A stretch of 63,430 nucleotides of DNA, filler included, from Octopus bimaculoides (GCF_001194135.2; 5 parts of 5 records of this genome joined end to end with filler, not necessarily neighbours in it); one strand, 5' to 3'. Counted from the whole stretch's first letter, positions 13,031-27,134 are shown. Numbers and translations are program-made. The notes: generated from the sequence alone by a model not told the origin.

Positions 13031-14391
13031 TGTGTGAGAGAGAGAGAGAGTGTGTGTGTGTGTGTGTGTTCTCAAGATTACAAACATGAAAGACATAACA
13101 ACTGGAGGAATAATGTTATTCTGACTCTAAACTGATAATTCTTCAAAGACTGTAACTTCAAAGTTTCACTCATTTAATTAATTCTAGTCATTTAAAAAAA
13201 AAAAAAACATTCCTTCTTTCAGTTGAATTCTTCTGACTTATTAGTCTTCACCTCACCATTTTAAGAATCCTCATAAACCAAAACCTTTGTCTCTGTGAAT
13301 AATCCAGCATCTCTCTGAATCCTTTTGTATTTAAACCCACCAGATCTGGCTCAAATATTCTACCTGATTTATATTCAAAATAGCCAGATCCAGCCTCTCA
13401 CACCTATGCGACAATGTCATTTTAAAGATAAACAATCACATCATCAAAATTTCAAAGCCATGAGATAATGAAGGATTAATTCAAGACAAATGTGAATAAA
13501 TAAATAATACATAGGATAGAAATCTCAACCCAACCTTATTATATTTTCAGCGACACACAAACTAATAGTTACCTCTTGTCTAATTTATTTATCAAATTAA
13601 TTTTACCCACTCTGTTCAACCCTGGTATGTCTCGACACCCCTTCACCATCTTCTTCCCCCCCCCCCCATTTCCAACAAGAGTAACCATGTATCTTGTCTA
13701 CAGCAAGACACTTGTTTCTGTCCCCCAAATCATACTTTAACCTCTCATCTCCTGGCACAAAACCACCCTATCAATACTATCCCCACCCACAACTCAACCG
13801 TGACTCCCAGCACCTTTCAGGTAGTCCTGACAGTCTTCCCTTTATAAATCTAATAAATTTTTCTTTAATTGACTCCTGTTTTCCTTTTTTTTTGTTTTGG
13901 TGTGAGGCCCTAAAGAAATTCAGGTTGTTTTAGATTTGACCTGGATATTAAGAACTTTGAGAACCACCGTGCGACATTGTTTAGATACACCTTGCTCCTC
14001 TCCACCACCACCTCCACCCTCAATCAGTTGAAACTTTTTTCATTCATGCCATCGGGGTCTTGTTCAATCTTCACACAGCTAAACCTTACTAACCCCATCC
14101 ATAAAGCCCTAATCCTCTAGATTAAGGCCTTTATATAGACCTTACATAACACTCAAACACGTAAAATTGACATATATATCTGTGTGTATATATGAGTGTG
14201 TTAGTGTATGTATAGAGAGAGGGAGGAAGGGAGAGATATGGGGGGTGGATAGAGAAATGTTTTATTTCCACAACTTTTCTATTGTAGTATGGCTTGAAGG
14301 GGTCATCATAATCGAGTCACTTGTGTGTGTGTGCATCCGTGTGTGTGTGTGTGCATCAGTGTGTGTGTGTGTGTGCATCAGNNNNNNNNNN

Positions 14392-14441
<50 letters not shown>

Positions 14442-14552
14442 CTGTACAAATGACTCAAAATGTGAGAGTTTCGAGTGTTGCACTAATCAACACGCACACA
14501 CACACTCCTATATTATGTACGTACGTATGTATATGCATATATGTGTATATGT

Positions 14553-14590
<38 letters not shown>

Positions 14591-14849
14591 ATAAACAGGA
14601 CAAAGAAAGACACAAGCAAAAAAAAAAAGGAAGACAAAATGTTTTGGAAAAAAAAAATGAACTAAAAATAACCAGAGATAAAAATAGGCAGGCAGGAAAG
14701 TTCTAGAAGAGGAGAGACTATTTGGATAGCAGCAGCAGTAGCAGCAGTAGCAGTCATGATATAACTCTGCACTGTACTAAACTGCAGACCATTGACATAT
14801 TTTGTCAAAGACTCCACCCAACACCACCTCAAACACACATACACATGCG

Positions 14850-14880
<31 letters not shown>

Positions 14881-15137
14881 GTGCGTACATATATGTATAT
14901 GTGTATATATATATGTGTGTACATATATGTATGTGTATATATATGCGTGTACATATGTGAGTATGTGTGTATGTATGTATATATATATATACATACACAC
15001 ACACACATATACATACACACTTGAAATGTATATTTATTTATTGAAAAACATACTTTTATAGTTGCTGTGAACAGTAAACAAAGTGCTTACATGCCAGGTT
15101 TTTATATTTCTTTGAGGACAGAAGAAGGGGAGATCAA

Positions 15138-15176
15138 TCTGACTAGTTTCAGGACGTGTTAAACCCTCATCAGAGA
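15138..15176 (-). ncRNA. Candidate minimal type I hammerhead ribozyme
   Basis: Minus strand: UCU-CUGAUGA-GGG(UUUAACACGU)CCU-GAAAC-UA-GUC-AGA. Intact core, 3-bp stem I, 3-bp stem II, self-complementary stem III (ACUAGU) and a canonical GUC triplet. Confidence 0.5.
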
Positions 15177-16237
15177 AAAGACACCCAACTGTTCAATCCA
15201 CACAGAAAGTAACTTAAAGCTATATACAACATGCAGCTACATACTTATGGCTATGTGGCTCCATAATGGATGACTGAAAATTTTCCTATGCCAAACTGGG
15301 GGATTCTGAGAGACACACATGATTATTATTTATTTATTGTTGTTTGTGCTTTCTTAAGGATGAATACTGGAACTTGGTACCTTGGTCTTCGTTGCTTTGC
15401 AGGTACTCGTACATAGTGAAGAGAGTGATGCTCGCAACCTGTAATAACTTGCCTTTCTCCAAGTCTGGCTGCTTTCCAAGGTTGTTGAGTTCCGGCTACC
15501 AACTCTATGTAAAAACTATGACTCAACTAGATTGGTTTGTCTAATTTGCATAATAGTGCAGCCCCTGGCAATATGGACTGAATTCATTATTTGTACGCTG
15601 CCAGAGTTTTTGGATAATTTGAAATGTAAGATGACATTTTCTTTTCAATAAACACAGTTTTATACACAACAAAACACCCCATACACTCTGTGAAGTGGTT
15701 GGCACTAAGAAAGGCATCCTGGTGTAGAAACCATGCTAAAACAGATACTGAAGCATGAAGCAGTCTTTGGGACTCATTAGAGTGAGTCAGACTGTCCAAT
15801 TCCTCCATGGAAGCTGGATACTAAATGATGATGATGCAAAATATAAAGTGATACCAACTGAGAGTTTTATCTCTATGGACAGAAAAAACATGGAATTGAT
15901 GTAACTGGTTTCTAGTCTTCTTAGGACTTCATCAGGAATGTGACTCAATACCGATATGCATTCTTGTCTGCAATTCCACTATTCCTGCCTATCTGATGCC
16001 ATTTTCGAAATAATCATTTTTTTTATCAAGACACAAAGACCAGAAATTTGATGGCAGGCAAACAGTCTGTTAAAATGACCCAAGTATGTGACTGGTTCTA
16101 TATTTTATTCACCCCAGAAGGGTGATAAGCAAGGCTGGTGTGATTTGAACCACTGCATCTCTCTACAGCTCTAGTAAAGAGTTCTAAGAAATACCACAAA
16201 ACAGATTTTCAAAGCTCAGCCAAGTTTGCAAATCCAC

Positions 16238-16238
<1 letters not shown>

Positions 16239-16300
<62 letters not shown>
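16239..16300. repeat. (AAT)n microsatellite followed by (CAT/CAC)n
   Basis: Direct reading. Confidence 0.95.
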
Positions 16301-16302
<2 letters not shown>

Positions 16303-16766
16303 TGATGAACATCATCATCATCATCATCACCACCACCACCATCATCATCATGAACAAATTCCCATTATGTCTACAGTTATGGAGAGGACACAGTCTGGTA
16401 GTTTATTGGCCCCAGGAGGGATGAAATGTAAAGAGAATCCCAACGGGATGTGAACTCACAACATAAATGAATGGAACTAAACACCATAAAGCATTTTAGT
16501 CTGGCACTCTATTGTTTCTGACACTCCGCCAACCATTTTGATGGTGATGGCCATCGTGTTGGTGGTGGTGGTGTTAATGGTGTTGGTGTCTGTGGTGGTG
16601 ATGATGATCAAAGTAGGGGGAGTGATTGTAGTGTTGACGGTGACAATGCTGATGGTGGTGGTGGTGGTGGTGGTGATAGACACAAGAAGGTAGAAAAGCA
16701 ACATAAAAGAGGATGATACAACAAATGCATAAGAGAGTGATGATGGGACGGGGGGAGTGGAGGATG

Positions 16767-16806
<40 letters not shown>

Positions 16807-17156
16807 ATGTCCTATTGTATAAGACAGTGGTGGTGGTGGTGGTGGTGGTGGAGTGTGGTATGTTGATGTAGACAAACGACTGACAGATCTTAATTAGACA
16901 GAGATCTACAGTTAACACCTCACACCAATACTGCTACACACCTCCATTATAGAAAGGGGTGGAATGGGGATCAGTACAGGTCTTACACACACAAAACACA
17001 CACACACACACAGACTGACACAGTTGCATACAAATGCATATGTATGCAAATATTCACATCATACCACATCACACATTCCTCACCAACACAGACAAGAAAT
17101 GCACACACAATATATATATATATATGCACACCACCCCCCTATATACATATACACAT

Positions 17157-17196
<40 letters not shown>

Positions 17197-17347
17197 GTAC
17201 ATACATATGTACACACAGATAAACATACACACAAACACACACAGACATACGTGTGCATTTCATGGCCTCTCCCAGACAGTCACAGATATGCATACACTTA
17301 CACACACACAAATAATTGCACATGCACTCTCCCCTACCTACCTACCT

Positions 17348-17378
<31 letters not shown>

Positions 17379-17824
17379 TAGAGCCTTTAATGAAAAAAAA
17401 TAAAGGGCTTATTCCCTCCACCCCAACTCACATTCCATACACAGTCATTAACAAACTGCCTCCAACCCCCACCCCTCACCCACACTACACCCAACAATGA
17501 TAAGTCACCACCACCACCACCACCTCTTAATTACTCTGCTCTTCCCCCCTTCTACACTTCTGTCCTAGGCTGGTACCGCCACCACCGCCAGCACTACCAC
17601 CACCACCACACTGGTTCAATGACCACCATCATCACCACCACCACCACTGCCTGCAACAACCACAAGGCAGTACCCCCCCGCACCCCTCCCCCCAACATTG
17701 TCTATTGCATGAGATGTTAATATTGAAGACATTTATGTTGTTCTGGAGTGTATGGAGGGTCTGTTGTGATGGTGTACAGAGGTGGGGGCAGGGATCTATC
17801 TAACCATCCATACATCTATCTGTC

Positions 17825-17825
<1 letters not shown>

Positions 17826-17872
<47 letters not shown>

Positions 17873-17940
17873 ATATCTATCTATATATCTATCTGTCTCT
17901 CTATCTATCTGTCTATCTATCTATCTATCTATCTATCTCT
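17826..17940. repeat. (ATCT)n microsatellite
   Basis: Direct reading; generates the YLSI/IYLS ORFs in the track. Confidence 0.95.
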
Positions 17941-18323
17941 CTATCTGTTTCCCTATCTATCTGTCTGTCTGTCTGTCTTTGTATGTATTGATCATGTGCC
18001 TGCCTATCTTCATATGCATACATAATGTAGTACCACAATGTATGTGTATCTATACACACACACACACACACACATGTCCTGTAGTGCAACATATATCATT
18101 GAAACAAGGTGTTTACATGTTGATACACAATGTAGGCTATAAAGTCTGTCTGTCTGTCACTCTCTCTCTCTCTATATATATATACATACATATATATAAA
18201 TATATATATATGCACACACACACATATCTGTGTATGTGAATGTGTGTGTTCATTCTGTAGTACAGTGTACACCATCAAAGCAAAAAGCTGTTAAGACAGC
18301 AATAAACTCTGTGTGTGTGTGAA

Positions 18324-18402
<79 letters not shown>

Positions 18403-18749
18403 TCCTGGTCTGTTTTTTTTTTACAAAACATGCAAAACTAAAAACAGGAAATATTGAAAAAAAGAAAAAGGAATAACAATAATATTCGCCGATTGTTGAT
18501 TACTGGAAGCATTGAATTGTGTGTGAGCGTACACATGTGTGTGTGTGTGTAGATATGATTGTATATCAGTGTGTGCATAAATGTATGCGTACAAGCATGT
18601 GTGTGTGTGTGTGTGTGTGTGCGTGTGTCTGCCTGTGACCCCATATGTGTCCATGTGCCACCAATACATTTCCTGTTTTCAACTCTGCTCATTACAGCAG
18701 CCATCACTGTGGAGAAGGAGAAGTATTCACATCAACAACAACAACAAGT

Positions 18750-18948
18750 TTCAAATTCTGTCACAGGGCCAGCAATTTCGGAGACGGGGGTAAGCTGATT
18801 ACATCAACCCTGGTGCTTAACCGGTGCATATTTTATTGACCCCGAGAGGGATGAAAGGCAAAGTCGGCTTTGGCAGAATTTGAACTCAGAACCTTAAAGA
18901 CATACGAAATACTGTTGAGCAAGCTAACGATTCTACCAGCTTGCCCCC
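18750..18948 (-). mobile_element. Near full-length SINE (family of 1802-1890)
   Basis: Inverted copy of 39163-39382, including the B-box-like GAGTTCAAAT on the minus strand. Confidence 0.7.
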
Positions 18949-18972
18949 TTAGTAATAATCATAATAATAATC

Positions 18973-19009
<37 letters not shown>

Positions 19010-19994
19010 TAATGTATTTTGTCACACTTGGAAAGAAAGAAGAGAGGCTGAGGACTTCATGCCTTTCTCATGGTATTTGTTGAGAACAACCGGTCTAGAG
19101 ACGATAAATACGGTGAGTTGTTAAGAGTGCAGGAAGACATAAAGCCTTGTGGCAATCATTCCAGTTCTCTGCAGTCTGAGTTCAAATCCAAGCAAGGTGA
19201 GCTTTATCTTTCCTCCTTTCAGGGTCAGTAAATAATGTAGCAGACCAAGATGGTGGATTAGTGGAGTATCCAATCCAACACACCTCGTGACATTTGTTCT
19301 AGCTCTTTCCATCTGCAGTTCTTGCCTGATGGATTTAAGCCATCCCCAGGTTTAACACCCTCACCTTTAGTTTGGGGTGGTACATACACCAGGTCCCTGT
19401 TTGTCTCTAGCAAAGCCCGCTTTTGCAAGCATTTAGGACCAGGTCCCTATTTTTAAGATAATTTCTTTTCTTCATCCCATTAGTCTTGGAAACCCTGAAA
19501 TAAATAAAGGGTCAGCAAGGGGTGGGGTACCCTTTTCTCCTTCACTAAACAATGGTCATAAAAGAACTGTGCCCTGCCCCTGGAGTGTAAAATATTTAAG
19601 GAATGAGTGTTGTAATAATAAGGGGAATCTATCAGATGAGTGAGGTGTGGGGATCCTGGATATAATATTAAAGGGAGATGAAAGAGGGAGCTCTTTGATG
19701 AAACATGCATGAACCTAGGAAGGGTTAAAATCCCTGGTTATAGGGAGTCACTGAAGCTGAAAGGATCACTTCTAAGAAATCTGTACAGTGTCATGAATAT
19801 ATGGAGAAGGATGGGCCATTGACATCATGCCAAGGGACTGACGATGAGGATGATGGTGGTGATGAAGGTAGGGGACAGTATTTTTAAGGGCTGTAATATT
19901 TGATTACAGTGATGGGGGAGGTATGGTACTGGTGGGTAGGTATATGGTGAATGTAGGGTGTGTAGTGGGTAACTGCAGTAGAATAGTTTATAGT

Positions 19995-20075
19995 TGTTGT
20001 TTAGACCCCAGGTCAACCCCGATCCAATAGACCTATGATCAAAAACATTCCAGCCATGACCAGCCCATCTTTTTT
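19995..20075 (+). repeat. Short interspersed repeat (GTTGTTTAGCCCCAGGTCA...GACCTATGATCAAAGACATTCCAGCCATGACC)
   Basis: Related copies at about 4175-4240, 6543-6605 and 23915-23995 (+) and 24425-24505 (-). Confidence 0.6.
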
Positions 20076-21628
20076 TAACAATGTATATATTTTAAGACTA
20101 CATTATCTAATGTGTCCTTTCCTTTCCCAAGATTTGAGAAAGATTTAACTGATTTTTCTAGCAGGTTAACAAGCAGCATAGAGGGTTCTTCAAAGTTATT
20201 AACAGTAAGGGAGATTTATATCAGTTGAAGATAACCTATGCAGGGGTAGATGTATGTCAGCTGAAAGAAAGGGGACAACAACAGGTAGCTGAGAGATAAA
20301 AGGGCCAGATAAGGGCCATTGGTTGGGCCCAGTCAAGGGTAGCAAAACCCAACAGAAAAATGGGTCACAAATGAATTAAGGGATTCTGAATGATCAGATG
20401 AGGTCTGACTCCAGCTTTACCTGGGAACAACAACAACAGCAACAATACAAGGGGAAGACAACAGCAACAACAACAACACTTGTAAAAAAAAAAGTATTGT
20501 TGTTTGAGAAAATGGTGGGGAGGTTTGGGGAGGAAGGGTTTAAACAAAGGTATGAGTAGGGGAGAGATAAAGAGAGATTTAAAATATGAGGTGAAGGACA
20601 GGATATGAATGTGGGGGGGGAAAGTGGCAGGGTGTGGGTAAAAGATAATGGTANNNNNNNNNNNNNNNNNNNNNNNNNNNNNNNNNNNNNNNNNNNNNNN
20701 NNNNNNNNNNNNNNNNNNNNNNNNNNNNNNNNNNNNNNNNNNNNNNNNNNNNNNNNNNNNNNNNNNNNNNNNNNNNNNNNNNNNNNNNNNNNNNNNNNNN
20801 NNNNNNNNNNNNNNNNNNNNNNNNNNNNNNNNNNNNNNNNNNNNNNNNNNNNNNNNNNNNNNNNNNNNNNNNNNNNNNNNNNNNNNNNNNNNNNNNNNNN
20901 NNNNNNNNNNNNNNNNNNNNNNNNNNNNNNNNNNNNNNNNNNNNNNNNNNNNNNNNNNNNNNNNNNNNNNNNNNNNNNNNNNNNNNNNNNNNNNNNNNNN
21001 NNNNNNNNNNNNNNNNNNNNNNNNNNNNNNNNNNNNNNNNNNNNNNNNNNNNNNNNNNNNNNNNNNNNNNNNNNNNNNNNNNNNNNNNNNNNNNNNNNNN
21101 NNNNNNNNNNNNNNNNNNNNNNNNNNNNNNNNNNNNNNNNNNNNNNNNNNNNNNNNNNNNNNNNNNNNNNNNNNNNNNNNNNNNNNNNNNNNNNNNNNNN
21201 NNNNNNNNNNNNNNNNNNNNNNNNNNNNNNNNNNNNNNNNNNNNNNNNNNNNNNNNNNNNNNNNNNNNNNNNNNNNNNNNNNNNNNNNNNNNNNNNNNNN
21301 NNNNNNNNNNNNNNNNNNNNNNNNNNNNNNNNNNNNNNNNNNNNNNNNNNNNNNNNNNNNNNNNNNNNNNNNNNNNNNNNNNNNNNNNNNNNNNNNNNNN
21401 NNNNNNNNNNNNNNNNNNNNNNNNNNNNNNNNNNNNNNNATTCAGAGTTTTCTTTCCTCAATCGAGTTCCAGATTATCTTTGCAATTTCAGCTGGTTATA
21501 TTCGAGATTGCTCCAATATGGCCAGCCCCAAGGAAAAACTAAGCTAAGAACATTAGATTCCTTGGAAGAAAGCAGCGAATGTATACGAAAACAAGGACGG
21601 AAAAAAAGCGGAGAAATGGTACACAAAT

Positions 21629-21751
21629 ACAAATAACAGGACATAACAACAGGTGTCTTTCGACTAAGGACGAATTAAATTTCCACACACGCCAGCTTAA
21701 TTTAATTCGTCCTTAGTCAAAAGACACCTGTTGTTATGTCCTGTTATTTGT
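21629..21751. repeat. Inverted repeat, 53-bp arms, 17-nt loop, 1 mismatch
   Basis: Arms 21629-21681 and 21699-21751 are reverse complements except for one C/A position. Confidence 0.95.
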
Positions 21752-21767
21752 GTGTATATCATCATCA

Positions 21768-21960
21768 TCATCATCATTTAACATCCGCTTTCCATGCAGG
21801 CATGGGGTTGGACAGTTTGATTGAGGACTGGTGAGCCAAAGGCTGCACCAGGCTCAATCTGATCTGGCAAAGTTTCTACAGCTGGATGCCCTTCCCAATG
21901 CCAACCACTCCAAGAGTGTAGTGGGTGCCTTTACATGCCACCGACACGAGGGCCAGTCAG
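21768..21960 (-). mobile_element. Retroposon 3' end with (GAT)n tail (RTE-mobilised SINE-like family)
   Basis: Reverse complement of the CCAACCCATGCCAGCATGG...TTAAATGATGATG ends at 15690-15836 and 59035-59228, and of the body at 58590-58740. Confidence 0.6.
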
Positions 21961-22154
21961 GTGGTTCTGGCAACGAGCACACTCAAAAGGTGTTTTTATG
22001 TGCTACCTGCACAGGGGGCCTTTCTATGGCTGGACGTCCATCCTGTTGTAAACTCTCACTTGTTTCCAAGCAAAGTGACATTTCTAACCAGGGCTTTTCA
22101 CAAGAGATTGGAAATGAATGACGCCGCTTATATGGTGATGCTCGTTTACAACTA

Positions 22155-22197
<43 letters not shown>

Positions 22198-24519
22198 TAC
22201 ACACACGCACATATATACATGATGGGATTCTTTCAGATTCCACCTGTCATATCCACTCACAAAGCTTTGGTCGGCTTGGTTTAATAGAAGACGCTTGTCC
22301 TAGATGCTGTGCAATGGGACTGAACCCCAAACTGCATGGTCGGGAAGCAAACTTCTAAATGAAACGATCCAGCCGAAACATGTCAAGGGTCAAAGTGGAG
22401 TGGATATTAACAGGTTCAAACAAATGAGGACAACCCCTGGATAGTCTGCAGTCTTAGACTACAGATGAGACTAAAGACATATATAGAGGGCAGCACTATC
22501 AGACTCCTTCATTTGCCAAATACTAGCCACCGGAGGAGATCAGAGGTACTTATGGTGGTGCTCCATCATGGTCACAGCCCACTCACTGAAACTGGATATA
22601 TACATACATACATACATACACACACACACACGTGTATCTACATATACTTATATGTGTGTTTGTGTGCGTGTGTGTGTACATATATATACATACACACACA
22701 CACACACACACACATGCAGAAGCATACATACAAAAAGCCACCCCACACTCACACACACACATGCAAAGAAGTACACACACATGCTCACCATTCCCACGCA
22801 CAGAGAGCCCAAAGACTGCCTCTGTTGAGATAACACAGGTTTAACAAATACTGCCAGACGTCTGCCCTCTGGTGTTCGTTAGAGAAATATTTTAACGAGT
22901 TCAGCCACATACATTAATTACCAGAGTAGAACAGATCTGGTTGATGTAAACATGTGTCTAGGCATGTAGCCACAAGTCCGTCTTCATCAGTTGCAGGTGG
23001 CCGATCTCTCACTTATCCGGTGTATGACATATCATAAACAATTGTATACCTTAGAGTCGTTAATGGTATTTTGCGTCGCATCACTGACCCCCAAGGCCAG
23101 TCATGTGACATGGGCTTAACCAACAGTGTCAACAAACCTTCATCAGAACTGTGTGTTTGGCTGTATGTATTTTTGTCTGTGTACATGCATATGTGTATGT
23201 ATGTATACGTGTGTGTATGTGCGTGCACTTGTAGGCCAAAGACTGGTGTTAAGTTGATTGTAAACTGAGCCGGAGATGTTGGTTCAGTTCCTACACCCAT
23301 CCCTTTTCACCTGATATCAGCATTTCACTGACAAACCTTATACACTGGCTGGCACACACACACGCACACATACACTTGTGCCTAGCAGAGAAAAGAATAT
23401 CATCTGTTCTACATGTGTAAATACGGTAATGCTTTTTTCCCTAATTGAGGTTTTTCTTGGATCTTGATGTCTTTCTGAGACACAAATGATTTGAATTTGA
23501 AACGGTGCTTCCACTGACCAGTAATTCTAGTCAATATTTATTGCTAAATATTCACACATGGTAACAGACAGGGATGTGGAAAGGATTCTTTTGGTAAGGG
23601 AGAGGAAGGAACCAGATGGGACTGAGTTCTTAAGGGAAAGACAAGACGTGTGTGTGTGTGTGTGTGAAGGAGGGGGTGAGTATATCCCGTTTGTCTTTGT
23701 TTTACGCAACACTTCCGGAATTTATAATTGATATTTTTCTCTGCAAAAATTTTGATGATTAAATTTTCCCCTGTGGCACAAAAGTGCTTCTGTACATATG
23801 TGTATGTGAGGAGAGAGAGAGAGAGAGTGAGAGAATGCATACCATAGACAGGTGGCCAGCAATGAAGGTTCAATTCTTGATTACCCCCCTTCACACCCTT
23901 CATTCTTCATATTTGTTGTTGTTTATCCTCAAGTCAGCCTTGATTGAGTAAGTGATCTATAATCAAAGACATTCCAGCCATGACCATCCTGTTTTCCATA
24001 ACTATCGAATGTGACCTTTCTAAAGACAAGGGTGAAGGACAAACAAAGTTGATCTCCAAAGGATTTCAACCAGATTGTCAAGAATGCAAATCATTACAAC
24101 CAGGTATCTAGTCCCTCAATGCCACTCCAACACCATAATAGATCGCTAATGAAGGTAGACAGTCCCATATTTTGTCATTCTCATGGAGGGACCCATCAAG
24201 TATTTATTAGCGTTGACCCCTGGAAGGGTGAAAGGCAAGATTTGAACTCAAAACTACTGCTGTCACCAACACCACTAAATCACAATGGATCTCAAGACAT
24301 CCATAATGCCATCACTCACACACCTTCACCACAGGAGGCAAAGAGGGAACTTCTACAGGGTTGCTAGAAAGAGCAGCCAAATTTCCCTCAAATCATCCCT
24401 TACCCACAACCATCTTAGAAAAGAACCATGCTGATGGAGTGGTCATATCTGGAATGCTTTTGATCATAGGTCTGCTCTTGATCTGAAATGGCCAAGAGCC
24501 AAACAACAACCTCTGCTGT

Positions 24520-24556
<37 letters not shown>

Positions 24557-24915
24557 GTAACAGACACACACACACACTCTACTCACCACATACACTTCTA
24601 ATTCATATACGCACACATCCACATACATGCCTCTATAAACACACAGACACACTCTTACACTTCCACCAGCTTACACACACACACACACAACCTGTCACTG
24701 CTCTACATTGCACATACACCACCCACACACAAACACACTCGCCAACTACCTCCACCCCCACCCCCACATCAAAACCAGGAACTCTACCACAAGGTTTCTC
24801 ACAAAACAAAACAAAACAAAACAAAACAATTCCTTCCCCAAACAAGAAAAATTGTTCTTTTCAGAAATTCGACCAAAAATGCTGACTTGACAAAAATGTT
24901 GCTGTTAACACCACC

Positions 24916-24947
<32 letters not shown>

Positions 24948-25094
24948 CAACAGGTACCCCTTGGGTGTAAGGGGTGGTGATAAATATTTTGTAATAGTAG
25001 TAGTAGTAGTAAATGGAATTCATGTTTGACATACTTCTCATGATATTAATAACCACATAAGCCCCCATTTTATGTATGTATGTGTATGTATATA

Positions 25095-25194
25095 NNNNNN
25101 NNNNNNNNNNNNNNNNNNNNNNNNNNNNNNNNNNNNNNTTAATTAATTAANNNNNNNNNNNNNNNNNNNNNNNNNNNNNNNNNNNNNNNNNNNN
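25095..25194. other. Artificial scaffold-join linker N44-TTAATTAATTAA-N44
   Basis: Exactly 44 N + a 12-mer with stops in all six frames + 44 N; identical at three other sites. Confidence 0.95.
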
Positions 25195-25375
25195 CCCCCC
25201 CCCCAGCAAAGCTTGACAACAGATGCTTGTGTGTTTATGTCGCCGTAACTTAGTGGTTCGGCAGAAGTAACCAATAAAATAAGTACTAGGCTTACAAAGA
25301 ATAAGCCCTGGGGTCGATTTGCTCGAGTAAAGGCGGTGCTCCAGCATGGCCGCACTCAAATGACTGAAAACATTA
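25195..25375 (+). mobile_element. 3' half of a tRNA-derived SINE
   Basis: Matches 62010-62175 (GCTTGACAAC...GGGGTCGATTTGCTC...GCTCCAGCATGGCCGCA.TCAAATGACT). Confidence 0.65.
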
Positions 25376-27077
25376 AAAAATACCCCTCCCCCCACAGATA
25401 TATATATATATATATGAAGATATTTCTTTCTACTATAGGCACATGGTCTGAAATTATTGGGGAGGGATCTAGCTGAGTACATCTACCCAAGGTCTGTCTG
25501 GTACGTATTATTATACTGACTCTGAATTGATGAAAATCAGTCAACCTCGGCAGAATTTGAACTCTGAAAGTATTTTGCCGGCTTGCTGTCTTTATATATA
25601 CTAAGATATTATCTTTGCACACACATGTTTGTTATTCCTCTTTGTTCGATATATATTTACTTATTGCATTTTCTATGTTCTTTTTATTGTATTCCGGCCC
25701 AGTAAAACCTCCCCTGTGTGACTTGGCGTATTAAGTAATATTCTTTAAGTTTATCAGCTTTTGTATCACCGTGTGGTACTTCAGTTTTTATTTTACTATA
25801 GAATATCGCCCATACTCTGTAACTGATGCGTTGTTTGATTATTTCCCCCATCCCTAATAATTTGGGATAATTTTTTTGTTGTAACTAGCATTTTGTTTTT
25901 ATTATTTCCCTTAAGTGAATCAGAATGGAGATTTATTTGATTGAAATCGAAATACTGCGATATATTTTTACGCTTGCTTCCTAAATAAACTGAAGCTAAA
26001 GGCTGCTTTACAAGCATTCGACATCTTAGAAATTTGAACTCGAGCTGTAAGTAAATACCTTAAGCTTCCCCCACCCTAACCCTCTCATGTTATTGCACCT
26101 CCACCAATTTCTGATCTGATGTTAAAATATTTCGTAATTATGTAACCAAGCTATGTTGATTTGATGAATTGTATATTTCTTTTTCCATTTATTATTTCTT
26201 TAATTGTTGGAAAAGGCGGCATAGTTGATTATATCCAGCACACGTATTGGATCGCTGGTATTTTATCAATTCCGGAAGGATGTGATGCAAAGTAGCGTCA
26301 AGCGGCATGTTTGACATTTTAATGCAACATAAAATTAGGTAACAAAATGCAGCAAGGATTTTAATCAATTGCACTCGTGTTTCCTCTACTCACCCCCTAC
26401 AACATCGTGTAGTACATTGATAATAATATAGGGGACAGTTAATTACACCGACTTCGTGTATTTGACTGCTGTTTAAATTTCATCGAGTGCCGAAGGATGA
26501 AAAGCAAATTCTGCCTCCACGTGATTATTACTCAGAAAGTAATGAGACGTGACTAAATATCACTTTATAATTTTCTTCTCCACTCTACCTCACTGCCTAT
26601 TCTGTTAATCCAAGAGTTTAACAACTTCTAATAAACGGTCTTATTCGTTAGAATTGAAAATAAATGTGTATGATTCGGCCCGTTGAATCGTGATTAAAGT
26701 TTGAAAATGAAGAAACCTATACGTGTTCAATTTCCAAACAAATAAGAACAGATCGAACTCCTTCAAATCAATAACTACCGTTGTCTTAAATGTGGACAGT
26801 GTATTCCGAGATATACCAAACGATATCATGATCTAACTCAGAGTTTAAATAATATTTGCAAATGATATTATATGGTGACATTTCGCTGCTGTTTAACGAC
26901 ATTTTATGTCATTGCAGCAACCATGTATTCAGGGACACTCCAGATGTGATCATCCAACTTGTAGTAGTCAAATGTAATGGATCCCCATTGCAAAATTGCC
27001 CAGCGTGATCTTCTTTTATAAAGGCAATATTAAATAGGTAATATTTCAGATAAAGTGATAGATAGAGAGAGAGAGAG

Positions 27078-27134
<57 letters not shown>

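Noticed and set aside
15359-15530. Open frames on both strands with good acceptors
   Set aside because: The minus strand CAACCTTGGAAAGCAGCCAGACTTGGAGAAAGG resembles an RTE-type LINE 5' region, so it is treated as a repeat relic.
17691-17768. Kinase-like fragments PNIV / LHEM / [12 protein letters not shown]
   Set aside because: The three pieces lie in three different frames with flanking stops and no other kinase motifs; coincidence is likely.
21629-21700. Hammerhead in the 53-bp hairpin (CUAAGGA)
   Set aside because: The core G5 is missing and there is no correctly placed GAAA/NUH with pairing stems.
26641-26829. Minus ORF starting MISFGISRNTLSTFK, reminiscent of a pogo/CENP-B HTH
   Set aside because: The similarity is limited to about 10 residues, with no TIR or downstream transposase motifs.
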